From Macrostomum lignano (Eukaryota): DNA of 61,370 bases. Below the pieces are notes generated by a model. It did not search any database. It was not told the origin of the DNA and was given only the letters and a program-made list of their open reading frames with translations. Location of the stretch: NCBI GenBank assembly GCA_002269645.1, contig NIVC01003549.1, positions 1 to 61,370 on the forward strand, written 5' to 3'. How positions within the stretch are numbered: the stretch's first letter is position 1; every line of letters begins with the position of its first letter. Shown one piece after another: positions 1 to 10,420 of the stretch. Both the position numbers and the translations under genes were made by a program.

Positions 1-685
1 ACACTCATGCCATTCTCCATTGTTCAGGCATGTACATCACTTCCGTTCGCAGTCATGAAGTAAGGCCAGTTTATGAGCTCACGCGTGGACAGCAGGACCT
101 CCTTCAGCACTGTATCGTAGGTGAAGTTCACCCAAACGGAGGCGCTCAGGCCATAGTCGCATTTCTCCGGCTCCTGCAGGCAGGCGCGGCCGTACGGCGC
201 GTCATTGACGAGCTTGCCAGAGTGATGCAGGTGTCGCTGGTTCCGACGCACTTCACCGCCTTGCTGTCGGAGGCGTCCAGGCCGGTTTTCAGGCTCACTT
301 TGAATGACAGCTCGCCGTTGAGGGCGTTAGTGATGTTGTCAGCTTCGGTGAAGCCGGGCACGTTCACGGTCAGGTCTTCGTCCGGGCAGTCAACGCAGCA
401 GCTGGTGTCAAGTCCTGAGGCCGTGCCAGTCATTGAGTTATTGCATTTGTCATTGAAGGACTTCCGCCTCTTTTTAACCTGCTCGCGAACGAAGGTATTT
501 GAGGCGCCGTTGTCGTAAAACTTCTTGTCGCTGTTGAACTGCCAGTAGTGGTTGCAAGTTGCCCAGTAATTGATGCCTGAAATGCGTTTGTGCATGGGAA
601 TGGGCTGTGATTTCAAATTCGTCATATCGGAGACCCGTAACCAGTTTACACCTGGAGACACCTGCCCTAATGGCAGATGTGCAAC
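1..685 (-). CDS. Internal exon of a large extracellular protein with a LamG/concanavalin-A-like domain; apparent frameshifts; gene continues off the window
   Basis: The phase-0 acceptor ttgcag|GTT at 685 fits the phase-0 donor at 951. The motifs CNHYWQF and GRACLQEPEKCDYGLSASVWVNF resemble the C-x-x-x-P-x-x-C-x-x-G-(F/L)-(T/S)-x-S-x-W LamG-like motif of invertebrate adhesion-GPCR-type proteins. GC3-rich codon usage changes frame at about 217 (ORF 146-691 to ORF 24-251). Confidence 0.55.
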
Positions 686-791
686 CTGCAATGCAGAGTT
701 AAGTGTCTTGTCCTGTTCCGACCAGGTCGAGAATCGAAGCCACGACCTTTCAGTCGTGATTCCGACGCTCTAACCATTAAGCTACAACCCC
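686..791 (-). mobile_element. tRNA-derived SINE head or tRNA pseudogene in an intron
   Basis: The minus strand reads GGGGTTG TA GCTT AATGGTT AGAGC ... GTGGC TTCGATT CT CGACCTG. It has an A-box-like and a B-box-like motif, 6/7 acceptor-stem pairs and a broken T arm. It is followed by CAAGACACTTAACTCTGCATTGC, which resembles SINE core sequences. Confidence 0.45.
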
Positions 792-951
792 TGCTTGCAT
801 AGTAACTTATATTTAGTCACTGACGCTGGGTTATTAATTAGTTAATACCAATTTCAGATTCATAAAGAGCAAATTCTCAATTTCGTCGACCATTTGATAG
901 CTAGTTTGAAATAGAAGTTGTAAAGGCCACAGAATCAGGTTCAGCACTCAC

Positions 952-1607
952 GGTAGCGATTCTCCCTGACTGGCGGAACGCTCGCTTCGGGATGTACGGA
1001 GTGGTGGTCGGCGGCACCGTGCTGACTGTGGTGGTATCTGCGGAAGAGGTCAAAGGAATGGAAGTCGCTGTCGAGCTTATGCTAGCTGTAGTACTGGTAG
1101 TAGCACCGGTTGCAGACTCGGAAGTTGTCAGCGGCACGAACGTGGTCGTCTGCGTGATGGTGGTTGTGCCTGTTGTTGCGTCTGTTGTTGTGCCTGCTGT
1201 TGTGTCTGTTGTTGTGTGGCTCAGAGTTTCTGTGTTAAACTCTACTGTAGTAGTGTTTGGCGTTGTTGTGACTATTGTGGTGTCTATTGTTGTGCTGGTG
1301 TCTGTTGTTGTTGTTGTTACTGTTGTCAATGTGCCATATTCTGTTGTCGGTGTTGTGGTTGTTGTCGGTGTTGTGGTTGTTGTCGGTGTTGTGGTTGTTG
1401 TCGGTGTTGTAGTTGTTGTGGTTGTTGTTGGTGTTGTAGTTGTTGTGGTTGTTGTCGGTGTTGTAGTTGTTGTGGTTGTTGTCGGTGTTGTAGTTGTTGT
1501 GGTTGTTGTTGGTGTTGTAGTTGTTGTGGTTGTTGTCGGTGTTGTAGTTGTTGTGGTTGTTGTCGGTGTTGTAGTTGTTGTGGTTGTTGTTGACGTCGTG
1601 GTCGTCT
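952..1607 (-). CDS. Thr-rich mucin-like exon, same gene as 1-685
   Basis: Acceptor tttcag| at 1608-1613 and donor |GTGAGT at 951-946. The frame is open throughout and reads ETTTTSTTTT(TTTP)n...TTTPYIPKRAFRQSGRIAT. Confidence 0.65.
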
Positions 1608-3859
1608 CTGAAATGGTTGAGAGCAGGACAGGCGATTAGGCTCGGTTCTTCAGACCAGCGCGGAGTGGCAATAATTCAAATTGGTTACAAACCGTCGTTT
1701 TTATGCTGAACTTAAATATTTTGTCATTTGCAATGGTGAGCAAAAATACGGTATGTTACTCCACATACTACTAATACTCCTCAGTACGTATGCGCGGTGC
1801 GAGAAAAAAGAAAACATTAACAACAACATAAGCTGTCGCATTAAAAGTAACAGTCAAGGCGCATTAGCAGGTAAATACAAGTAAAACAGCCACAGGCAGG
1901 CCGCATAGAAAACGGTAAAGCAGCTTTGTGGACCGCTGGGGCCTCGTGTCGTTCAGCCGGGGGCCGTCGCAGCGCAGCTGGCGACCTGAAGTTTCAGAGA
2001 AAATCGACATCCGCATTCTGAACCAGAGAACCTCGGAGGACAAGTACAGATACATAAGATCACTGTACAGTGATCTACAGTGAAAATGTCTATGGCCGAA
2101 GGACTATTGGACGGCCGGTTCGTGAACTCTGTTCGCCGCCCCCCGCCGATAGCTACTGTCTGTGGCAAATCCCCACTCAGTGCTACATGAATTTTAACTA
2201 TAACACAACACTAATGGGTGTAGCTTGTATATTATAAAAGTACAGCTTTTTGCAGCCCATTTAGGCTTACACGCATGAATTTAATCCAACAAGATATGTT
2301 TGCCAAACAAACGTATAGCTTTTGTCTATGGTAAGCAAGGCTGGAAAAAAGTGGCGAAAGTTTTGCTACAGCTCAAGGTGCACCGGATGAGCAGAGAACC
2401 GTACCGGGGTATGGCGAGAACCATATCTCAAGATGAGCAAGGAAGATTAAGAACATCGCTGCCATCAAGAGAGGTGGAAGTAAAGCTCAATCGGAAGTTC
2501 AGAACTCAAGAGCCTATAGCCGACAGTTTCGAAGCTTGAAGCTCGGGATCGGGGGGAGATGAAGCAACAAAGCAAGCAGTCGAACTCACCCTCTCCAGCT
2601 GGCCGCGAGCTGCTCCACGGGCGGAGGGGCCGCCAAACCGGCTGCGGCTCCGCCTGGCTCTCCCGCGCTGCCGCCCCTCCGCCGGCCTCCCAGCGGGCTC
2701 GCGGGCTCCCGGTTAAATGCTGCCCCAGCCTTTGTTTTCCCCGCCACCCCAGCTGCAGCCTCTCCACCCGCTGGGGGGAGGGGGGCGGCAGGGACGCGAG
2801 CCGCGAAATTTCTGCCAGAATGCAGCGACTCTAAAAGCCTTTCGTCCCAGTTTCCCGCCTGGTTTCCATGCCAACAAGGATGCGAGCGCCCAAGCCCGGG
2901 GAGCTGAGACAGCGGCCCAGGCTGTACCGCCTCCCCCGGCCTGTACGGCCCGCCCCGTTTGTTTATCCGTTGCCAGTGACGACAGCGGCAAAACAGCTGG
3001 GGCAGGAGGGAAGAGACGACAGCAACTCATTCCCAGCATAATCCGCATCCCCTCCATCTCTTCCGCAAGTTTTTGCAGCATTTTATCGATCGGGAAATTT
3101 CCTCCCGCAGCAGCAGCAGCGCCCGCCCCAGCCTGCTTGGGACAATTGCTGCTCCCGCATTGTTTGCTGAGTTCACGGGGGGGGGGCGCAGCAGCTCCAG
3201 GCAGCCTGTTTGAGTTGGAGGCTGCATGAATTTCTTCTTTTGTCGCCCACGGCACTCAGCCTGCCGAGACGGCCCGGCGCATTGTTTGCCAGAGAGGCAG
3301 CGGACTGCCAGCGCGAAAACTGAGTGACAAAAGCATCGCTGAGAAGCAGAGCCGAGAGGATGAGAGGCCCGCCTACCCAGCCAGCCAGAAATGAGATGCA
3401 AACAGAATCGTGCCTCGGTTTTATGACAGGAAATACGAGCTAAAAGCTCCGTGGGAAAATGCAACAACGCATTTCGCCAACAGCGCTCAGACCAGCCTGT
3501 CAATCAAAATTCGATTTTCTCAGAGCAGCTCAGCGGTTAACGCGCCTGACTCGAGTTGAAGCTGAGCTGAGAATATTCGATGAGGATGAGAATACTCAGT
3601 GGCTACTCCGGCTGCAGTGCCTAAATATGAAGCTTAGCTAACTAATCCTGCTTCCATCCCACAGTTAGCCACAGTTTGACAAATAAACAAAACTCAAAGG
3701 CACAAAAAAGCTTTTAGAGCTGATTTTTTGCGAAGGCATCTCAAAGGAAATCTCAAAATTTGAACCACTGCTAGCGTACAGAATCTGCCTACACATCGAG
3801 CTGCTCCGGTGGACTGATGATGCTGGAGGATGCAGGATAAGGAAACTGAGGATTTAGGA

Positions 3860-5140
3860 AATGGGAAGGATAGGAATTGAGAAGATGGGGAGTGGGAAGA
3901 TGGGGCGCGGAGTGGAAAGCTGGGGAGTGGGAAAGATAGGGAGTGGAATGGGAAGATTATAGGTGGAAAGCTGGGGTGTGGTGTGAGAGGATGGGGAGAG
4001 GGAAGCTGGGAAGTGGTGTAGGAAGATGGGAGATGGGGAGTGGGAAGCTGGGGAGTGGTGTGGGAAGATTGGAGATGGAGAGTGGGAAGCTGGGGAGTGG
4101 ATTGGGAAGATGGGGAGTGGGAAGCTGGGGAGTGGGAAGATGGGAAGTGGTGTGGGAAGCTGGAGAGTGGGCAGATGGGAAGTGGTGTGGGAAGATGGGG
4201 AGTGGGAAGCTGGGGAGAGGGAAGCTGAGGAGTGGATTGGGAAGATGGGGAGTGGGAAGCTGGAGAGTGGGAAGCTGGGGATTGGGAAGCTGGGGAGTGG
4301 GAAGCTGGAGAGTGGGAAGCTGAGGAGTGGATTGGGAAGATGGGGAGTGGGAAGCTGAGGAGTGGATTGGGAAGCTGGGTAGTGGGAAGCTGGAGAGGGG
4401 ATTGGGAAGCTGGGGAGTGGGAAGCTGGGGATTGGGAAGCTGGGGATTGGGAAGCCTGGGGAGTGGGAAGCTGAGGAGTGGGAAGCCTGGGGAGTGGGAA
4501 GCTGGGGAGTGGGAAGCTGGGGAGTGGGAAGCTGGGGAGTGGGAAGCTGGGGAGTGGGAAGCTGGGGAGTGGGAAGCTGGGGAGTGGGAAGCTGGGGAGT
4601 GGGAAGCTGGGGAGTGGGAAGCTGGGGATTGGGAAGCCTGGGGAGTGGGAAGCTGAGGAGTGGGAAGCCTGGGGAGTGGGAAGCTGGGGAGTGGGAAGCT
4701 GAGGAGTGGGAAGCTGGGGAGTGGGAAGCTGGGGAGTGGGAAGCTGGGGAGTGGGAAGCTGGGGAGTGGGAAGCTGGGGAGTGGGAAGCTGGGGAGTGGG
4801 AAGCCTGGGGAGTGGGAAGCCTGGGGAGTGGGAAGCTGAGGAGTGGGAAGCTGGGGAGTGGGAAGCTGAGGAGTGGGAAGCTGGGAGTGGGAAGCTGGGA
4901 GTGGGAAGCTGGGATTGGGAAGCTGGGGATTGGGAAGCTGGGGAGTGGGAAGCTGGGGAGTGGGAAGCTGGGGAGTGGGAAGCTGGGGAGTGGGAAGCTG
5001 GGGAGTGGGAAGCTGGGGATTGGGAAGCTGGGGAGTGGGAAGCTGGGGAGTGGGAAGCTGGGGAGTGGGAAGCTGGGAATTGGGAAGCTGGGGAGTGGGA
5101 AGCTGGGGAGTGGGAAGCTGGGGAGGGGATTGGGAGGCTG
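3860..5140. repeat. G-rich 15-bp minisatellite (GGGAAGCTGGGGAGT)n
   Basis: Tandem units are directly visible, degenerate on the left and homogeneous on the right. All ORFs here are repeat translations. Confidence 0.95.
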
Positions 5141-5911
5141 GACGCGGCAAGTGCAGAAGCGGCATGCAGTGCGGGTGAGGAGCAGCTCGGACAGACGCAG
5201 CCAGCCAATGATGAAGCGAGAAAATCGGATATATTAATAAAAAAATACTAAATTTCCATAACAGGCCAGCACAAAATCACGGAAACAACTTTAGTGAAGA
5301 AAAATACAGAAGTTTATGAAGATTAGTAAATCAAATTGGTGCCAAAATAACAGTTCAGCAATGGGCATTTACTTATTTATATACATAAAGCTATGACGGT
5401 GCAACACTGGCAGCTGTCCGTAATTAAACAGAGAGAATAATACGGGAATGTAAAAGTCGCAATGGCCGAGGACTCGCTATAAAGTACATGGTGTATAATT
5501 TACGCATAGTATAGAGAACTGGCACAGCCTGGTTGTACGTGGGCAGTACATGTAACTGTCGAGCGGGGAAATACTGCATCAGATCCACAGACCAGATCCC
5601 GAACCCGTGGCAGAATCAGAAAATAAACACAGATTTGAGTTGGCGCCTGCGCCAAACCAAGCTTCATCAAATAAATTAATGCAGCCTCTTTGCTGTGTAG
5701 ACGGCAACCGAGGCGAGCTCAAGAAAATTGACGCAAAAATTTATTGCCTCGATAATCAAAGTTGACAAAAAACAATGCTGCAGACTACTGATAAGTAGAG
5801 GTACGCGAGCATAGCAAGTATATTGCCGCTGTGAGGCGTTTGGGGCGTTAATCCGGGATCTGAGCAAGAGGCTTTAAATCTTGGTACTGGGAGAGGTGGA
5901 CAGATGCCCGA

Positions 5912-6283
5912 TTAGAGGAACCGGAAGTGTCAGATAAAGGCCCGATATGAGGAACCGGAAGTGTCAGATAAAGGCCCGATATGAGGAACCGGAAGTGGCG
6001 GAAAGCGGCTAGGCTTGAGGAACCGGAAGTGACGGAAAGCGGCCAGGTTCGAGGAACCGGAAGTGGCGGATAGCGGCCAGGTTTGAATAACCGGAAGTGA
6101 CAGATAGCGGCCAGGTTTGAGGAACCGGAAGTGGCAGATAAAGGCCCGATTAGAGGAACCGGAAGTGGCGGAAAGCGGCTAGGCTTGAGGAACCGGAAGT
6201 GGCGGATAGCGGCCAGGTTTGAGGAACCGGAAGTGGCGGAAAGCGGCCAGGTTCGAGGAACCGGAAGTGGCGGAAAGCGGCGC
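5912..6283. repeat. 34-bp minisatellite, 11 copies, each containing ACCGGAAGTG
   Basis: CCGGAAGT occurs at 5921, 5955, 5989, 6023, 6057, 6091, 6125, 6159, 6193, 6227 and 6261, an exact 34-bp period. Confidence 0.92.
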
Positions 6284-6374
6284 TATTTTGAAGAACTGAT
6301 AAACTGAAAAAAGAAAAGCAGCGCAACCAGTGAAGAAGACTGACAGACAGACACCACAAGGTAGCAGCAGGGCG

Positions 6375-7273
6375 CTACTGCCCGAATCGGTCACCAACGA
6401 GGCAGACACCCCCAGCGCCGAGGCCGCGCTCGTCCGGGCAGCGGCGCCAGCCCGGCAGCTCCTTCAGTCGGGCTGCCTCGGCAAAGGCCTCGTCAGCGGC
6501 AGCGGAGGTCGACGAGTCGATGGCGACCAGTGCAGCGTCCGCCCACTCGGCCGGCAGGCGGAGCGTCAGCGGGCGCAGGAAAGCAGCGCCAGGCGGACTG
6601 GCGCCAACAATTCGGCGCCGGCCGCCGTCCAGGCTGAGCGCGGCCAGTCGAAGCTGGCGCAGCCGGCCCGCGGGCAGGGCGCCAGGCGGCACTTCCAGGG
6701 CGACGCCGGAGCGTGGGCAGCGGAGGGCGCCGCCGGAGGCGTCGAACAGGCCGCTGCACCTGTCCACTATGACGACCGCCGATGCTGTCGAAGGTGCCAC
6801 AGAGGCCCCTGGCTGCACATTGTCGTAGGGGTCCTCAGCGTCGGCGCCGTTGCCGATCCGCGACGTGCGCGCCTGGCCAACCAGCAAGTCAACGCGGCGG
6901 CGCAGAACTTCGTCCCGGGAGCCGACGCTGCTCGACGGCGTGTCGGCCGCCAATGCAGCGGGTCGCAGGTGCGCCGGCGGGCTGGTGTCCAGCAAGAACT
7001 CGCCGTCGTCCTCGTCGGTGGCGTCGCGATGGTCGACGAGGGTGGTCGGTCGGCTCGTCAAGCGCTGCGAGTGGCGACCGCTGCCGCCGGCCATCGGCAG
7101 GGTGGAGAAGGTCGGCAGCTCCTCGTCCGGACTCGGCTCTGGCGGGTGGCGACCGCTGCCGCCGGCCATCGGCAGGGTGGAGAAGGTCGGCAGCTCCTCG
7201 TCCGGACTCGGCTCTGGCGGGTGGCGAACGGGAGTTGGAGCCGCGTGACTCATGGGTTGTGCTGAAGTTGCGT
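6375..7273 (-). CDS. TJP1: ZO-1/TJP1-like MAGUK, last exon (Pro/acidic linker plus ZU5 domain)
   Basis: Phase-1 acceptor attctcag| at 7274-7275. The ZU5-like sequence GLFDASGGALRCPRSGVALEVPPGALP...FLRPLTLRLP matches the ZO-1 pattern GGVLSSIETGVSIIIPQGAIP...FLKPVELRLP. Stop at 6375-6377. Confidence 0.8.
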
Positions 7274-8205
7274 CTGAGAATCTGGGAGTATGGCCCAGCA
7301 ACTGAGGATCTGGGAGGCTGGCCCAGCAACTGAGGATCTGGGAGGCTGGCCCAGCAACTGAGGATCTGGGAGGCTGGCCCAGCAACTGAGGATCTGGGAG
7401 GCTGGCCCAGCAACTGAGGATCTGGGAGGCTGGCCCAGCAACTGAGGATCTGGGAGGCTGGCCCAGCAACTGAGGATCTGGGAGGCTGGCCCAGCAACTG
7501 AGGATCTGGGAGGCTGGCCCAGCAACTGAGGATCTGGAGGCTGGCCCAGCAACTGAGGATCTGGGAGGCTGGCCCAGCAACTGAGGATCTGGGAGGCTGG
7601 CCCAGCAACTGAGGATCTGGGAGGCTGGCCCAGCAACTGAGGATCTGGAAGGCTGGCCCAGCAACTGAGGATCTGGAAGGCTGGCCCAGCAGCTGAGGAT
7701 CTGGGAGGCTGGCCCAGCAACTGAGGATCTGGGAGGCTGGCCCAGCAACTGAGGATCTGGGAGGCTGGCCCAGCAACTGAGGATCTGGGAGGCTGGCCCA
7801 GCAACTGAGGATCTGGGAGGCTGGCCCAGCAACTGAGGATTTGGGAGGCTGGCGGCGGGTCAGCAACTGAGGATCTGGGAGACTGGCGGCGGGTCAGCAA
7901 CTGAGGATCTGGGAGGCTGGCGGCGGGTCAGCAACTGAGGATCTGGGAGGCTGGCCCAGCAACTGAGGATTTGGGAGGCTGGCGGCGGGTCAGCAACTGA
8001 GGATCTGGGAGGCTGGCGGCGGGTCAGCAACTGAGGATCTGGGAGACTGGCGGCGGGTCAGCAACTGAGGATCTGGGAGACTGGCGGCGGGTCAGCAACT
8101 GAGGATCTGGGAGACTGGCGGCGGGTCAGCAACTGAGGATCTGGGAGGCTGGCGGCGGGTCAGCAACTGAGGATCTGGGAGGCTGGCGGCGGGTCAGCAA
8201 CTGAG
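7274..8205. repeat. Intronic 28/34-bp minisatellite (CAGCAACTGAGGATCTGGGAGGCTGGCC)n
   Basis: 28-bp units to about 7840, then mostly 34-bp units ending GGCGGCGGGT. It fills almost the whole ZO-1 intron. Confidence 0.95.
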
Positions 8206-8232
8206 GAGCACGCAAGCCTGCCCGAAGCTCAC

Positions 8233-8608
8233 GGGTCAGGTTGGGCTCGGACAGAACCCTGGGCGGCCGGTCGCCCTGTGCCTCGCCCAGCCAGAGCAGC
8301 TGGCCCTGCTGCATGTCGATGAGCCGCTCCAGCCCGCGCAGCACGTGGCCCAGGTCCGGCTGCTCCACGGTGCACACATCCGTGAAGAGGTGGCTGCACA
8401 ACTGCTCCAGCCGGAGACACTCCTGGTGCAGCCGCTTGGAGCCGGGAGCCCGCCGGAGCTTCTTGATGACCTGACGGTTGCTGGCGCGGATCAGCAGCAC
8501 GATGGGGGCCAGCTGGGCGTAGCAGAGCCGGTCCACGGCCACCGGGTTCAGGTCCAGCACCGGGTGCCGGCCGCGAACCATCACCGACTTGATGGCCGAC
8601 AGCTTCAC
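8233..8608 (-). CDS. TJP1: ZO-1-like exon 3 (guanylate-kinase-like domain, C-terminal part)
   Basis: Acceptor ctggcag|GTG (phase 0) and donor ACCC|GTGAGC (phase 1); 376 nt. VKLSAIKSVMVRGRHPVLDLNPVAVDRLCYAQLAPIVLL matches the ZO-1 GUK pattern [39 protein letters not shown]. Confidence 0.85.
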
Positions 8609-8629
8609 CTGCCAGATTTGCGGTTCTGA

Positions 8630-8925
8630 TTCTGTCATTCACTCATTCACTCACTCACTCATTCACCCACTCACTCATTCACTCACTCATTCACCCACTC
8701 ACTCATTCACTCACTCACTCATTCACCCACTCACTCATTCACCCACTCACTCATTCACCCACTCACTCATTCACTCACTCACTCATTCACTCTTTCACTC
8801 ACTCATTCACTCACTCACTCATTCACTCTTTCACTCACTCACCCACCCACTCACTTATTCACTCACTCCCTCTCTTACTCACTCACTCACTCACTCACTC
8901 ACTCACTCACTCACCCACACACACA

Positions 8926-8971
<46 letters not shown>

Positions 8972-8990
8972 CTCTCTCTCTCTCTCTCCG
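8630..8990. repeat. Compound microsatellite (TCAC)n-(CA)n-(CT)n
   Basis: Directly visible; fills ZO-1 intron 2. Confidence 0.95.
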
Positions 8991-9000
8991 AAATTCTTAC

Positions 9001-9596
9001 CGACTGCGCCGTCTGTGGCGGCAGCTCAAATTTCTCCGGCAGGCTGTCCAGCAGGTGCCGCCTGACGATGTCGGCGAAGGGGCCGAACACGACCACGGGC
9101 CTGGGGAAGGCCGCCCGGCGCAGGGCCACCCGCTCGTAGGGTGGGAACGCGGTGGCCAAGTCCCGGCCGGCGGCCGCAGCGGCCATGGCCAGCTGCTCTG
9201 CCCGGAACTGGTTGGGGATCAGGCTGACGGCGGCCTCGGCTGGCGGCGGGTGCACGCGCACGGCCTCCCAGGCGCCGACTACGCCGCCGGCCAGGGTGTC
9301 CTGCACCAGAAAGACGTCGCCTCGGCGAATGACCGCCTCGTTCGGCGCCGGCTTGGCGTGGTTGAAGTGGGCGCGCACGTGGAACCGGTCGCCGGCTGGC
9401 GGCCGGAGGCGAAGGCCCGGTAGCCGGCGGGGTCCGGCAACACCGACAGGCGGAGCGGCCGGGGCGGCATGGACTGCGGCAGCAGGGCCAGCAGGGCCTC
9501 CTCCTTGGTGGCGCGGACCAGCGAGCGCCGGTCGACGGCAACGAGGCGATCGCCGGGTCGGACGCCGGCTCGGTCGGCGGGACCGCTGGGGGCCAC
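9001..9596 (-). CDS. TJP1: ZO-1-like exon 2 (PDZ3 C-half, SH3, GUK start) with a 1-nt frameshift at about 9394
   Basis: Acceptor cctcag|GTG and donor TCG|GTAAGA. Both flanking introns are phase 0 but the exon is 596 nt, one base short. VAPSGPADRAGVRPGDRL (PDZ) switches frame into GDRFHVRAHF (ZO-1 SH3: GDSFYIRTHF), followed by FPPYERVALRRAAFPRPVVVFGPFAD. Confidence 0.85.
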
Positions 9597-9759
9597 CTGA
9601 GGTGGAGCGAGATTGAGGAGTAATGAATTGAAATCAGACGGCAATATGGAGTTTGACTCAGGAGATCGCAAATCTCACCATACAGGATTTACAATTCCTA
9701 TAGGGAGATAAAACACATTCTAGAGATAACAGATACAATCTTACGCTAAACAAACACTA

Positions 9760-10420
9760 GAATCTCACCCTAGAGATAAAGAATCTCACCTTTAAAGATA
9801 TAGAATCTCAGCCTAGAGATATAGAATCTCACCCTAGAGATATAGAATCTCAGCCTAGAGATATAGAATCTCACGCAAGAGATATAGAATCTCACGCTAG
9901 AGAAATAGAATCTCACCCTAGAGGTATGGAATCCTACTCTAGAGATATAGAATCTCACCCCAGAGATCTAGAATCTCACCCTAGAGACAGAGAATCTCAC
10001 CTTAGAAGCATAGGATCTTACCCTAGAAGTCTAGAATCTCACCCTAGAGATATAGAATCTCACCCTAGAGATATAGAATCTCACCCTAGAGATATAGAAT
10101 CTCACCCTAGAGATATAAAATCTCAGCCTAGAGATATAGAATCTCACGCTAGAGATATAGAATCTCACGCTAGAGAAATAGAATCTCACCCTAGAGATAT
10201 AGAATCTCACGCTAGAGAAATAGAATCTCACCCTAGAGATAGAGAATCTCACCCTAGAGAAATAGAATCTCACCCTAGAGATATAGAATCTCTGCCTAGA
10301 GATATAGAATCTCACCCTAGAGATATAGAATCTCACGCTAGAGAAATAGAATCCCACCCTAGAGATATAGAATCTCACCCTAGAGACAGAGAATCTCACC
10401 CTAGAGAGCTAGAATCTCAC
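9760..10420. repeat. Intronic 21-bp minisatellite (TAGAATCTCACCCTAGAGATA)n
   Basis: About 30 tandem units in ZO-1 intron 1. The first unit on the minus strand is the splice donor. Confidence 0.95.

Noticed and set aside
992-1639. Val-rich plus-strand ORF
   Set aside because: Antisense of the Thr-rich exon; the minus strand has the splice sites.
1860-3300. 5' exons or signal peptide of the mucin/LamG gene (donor-like GTGAGT at 2589-2584, acceptor-like cttcag near 1986)
   Set aside because: No consistent ATG, signal peptide and phase-1 donor chain could be built.
3694-5251. Long ORFs (PQLPT, GSWGV and WEAGE repeats)
   Set aside because: Translations of a 15-bp minisatellite that is open in most frames.
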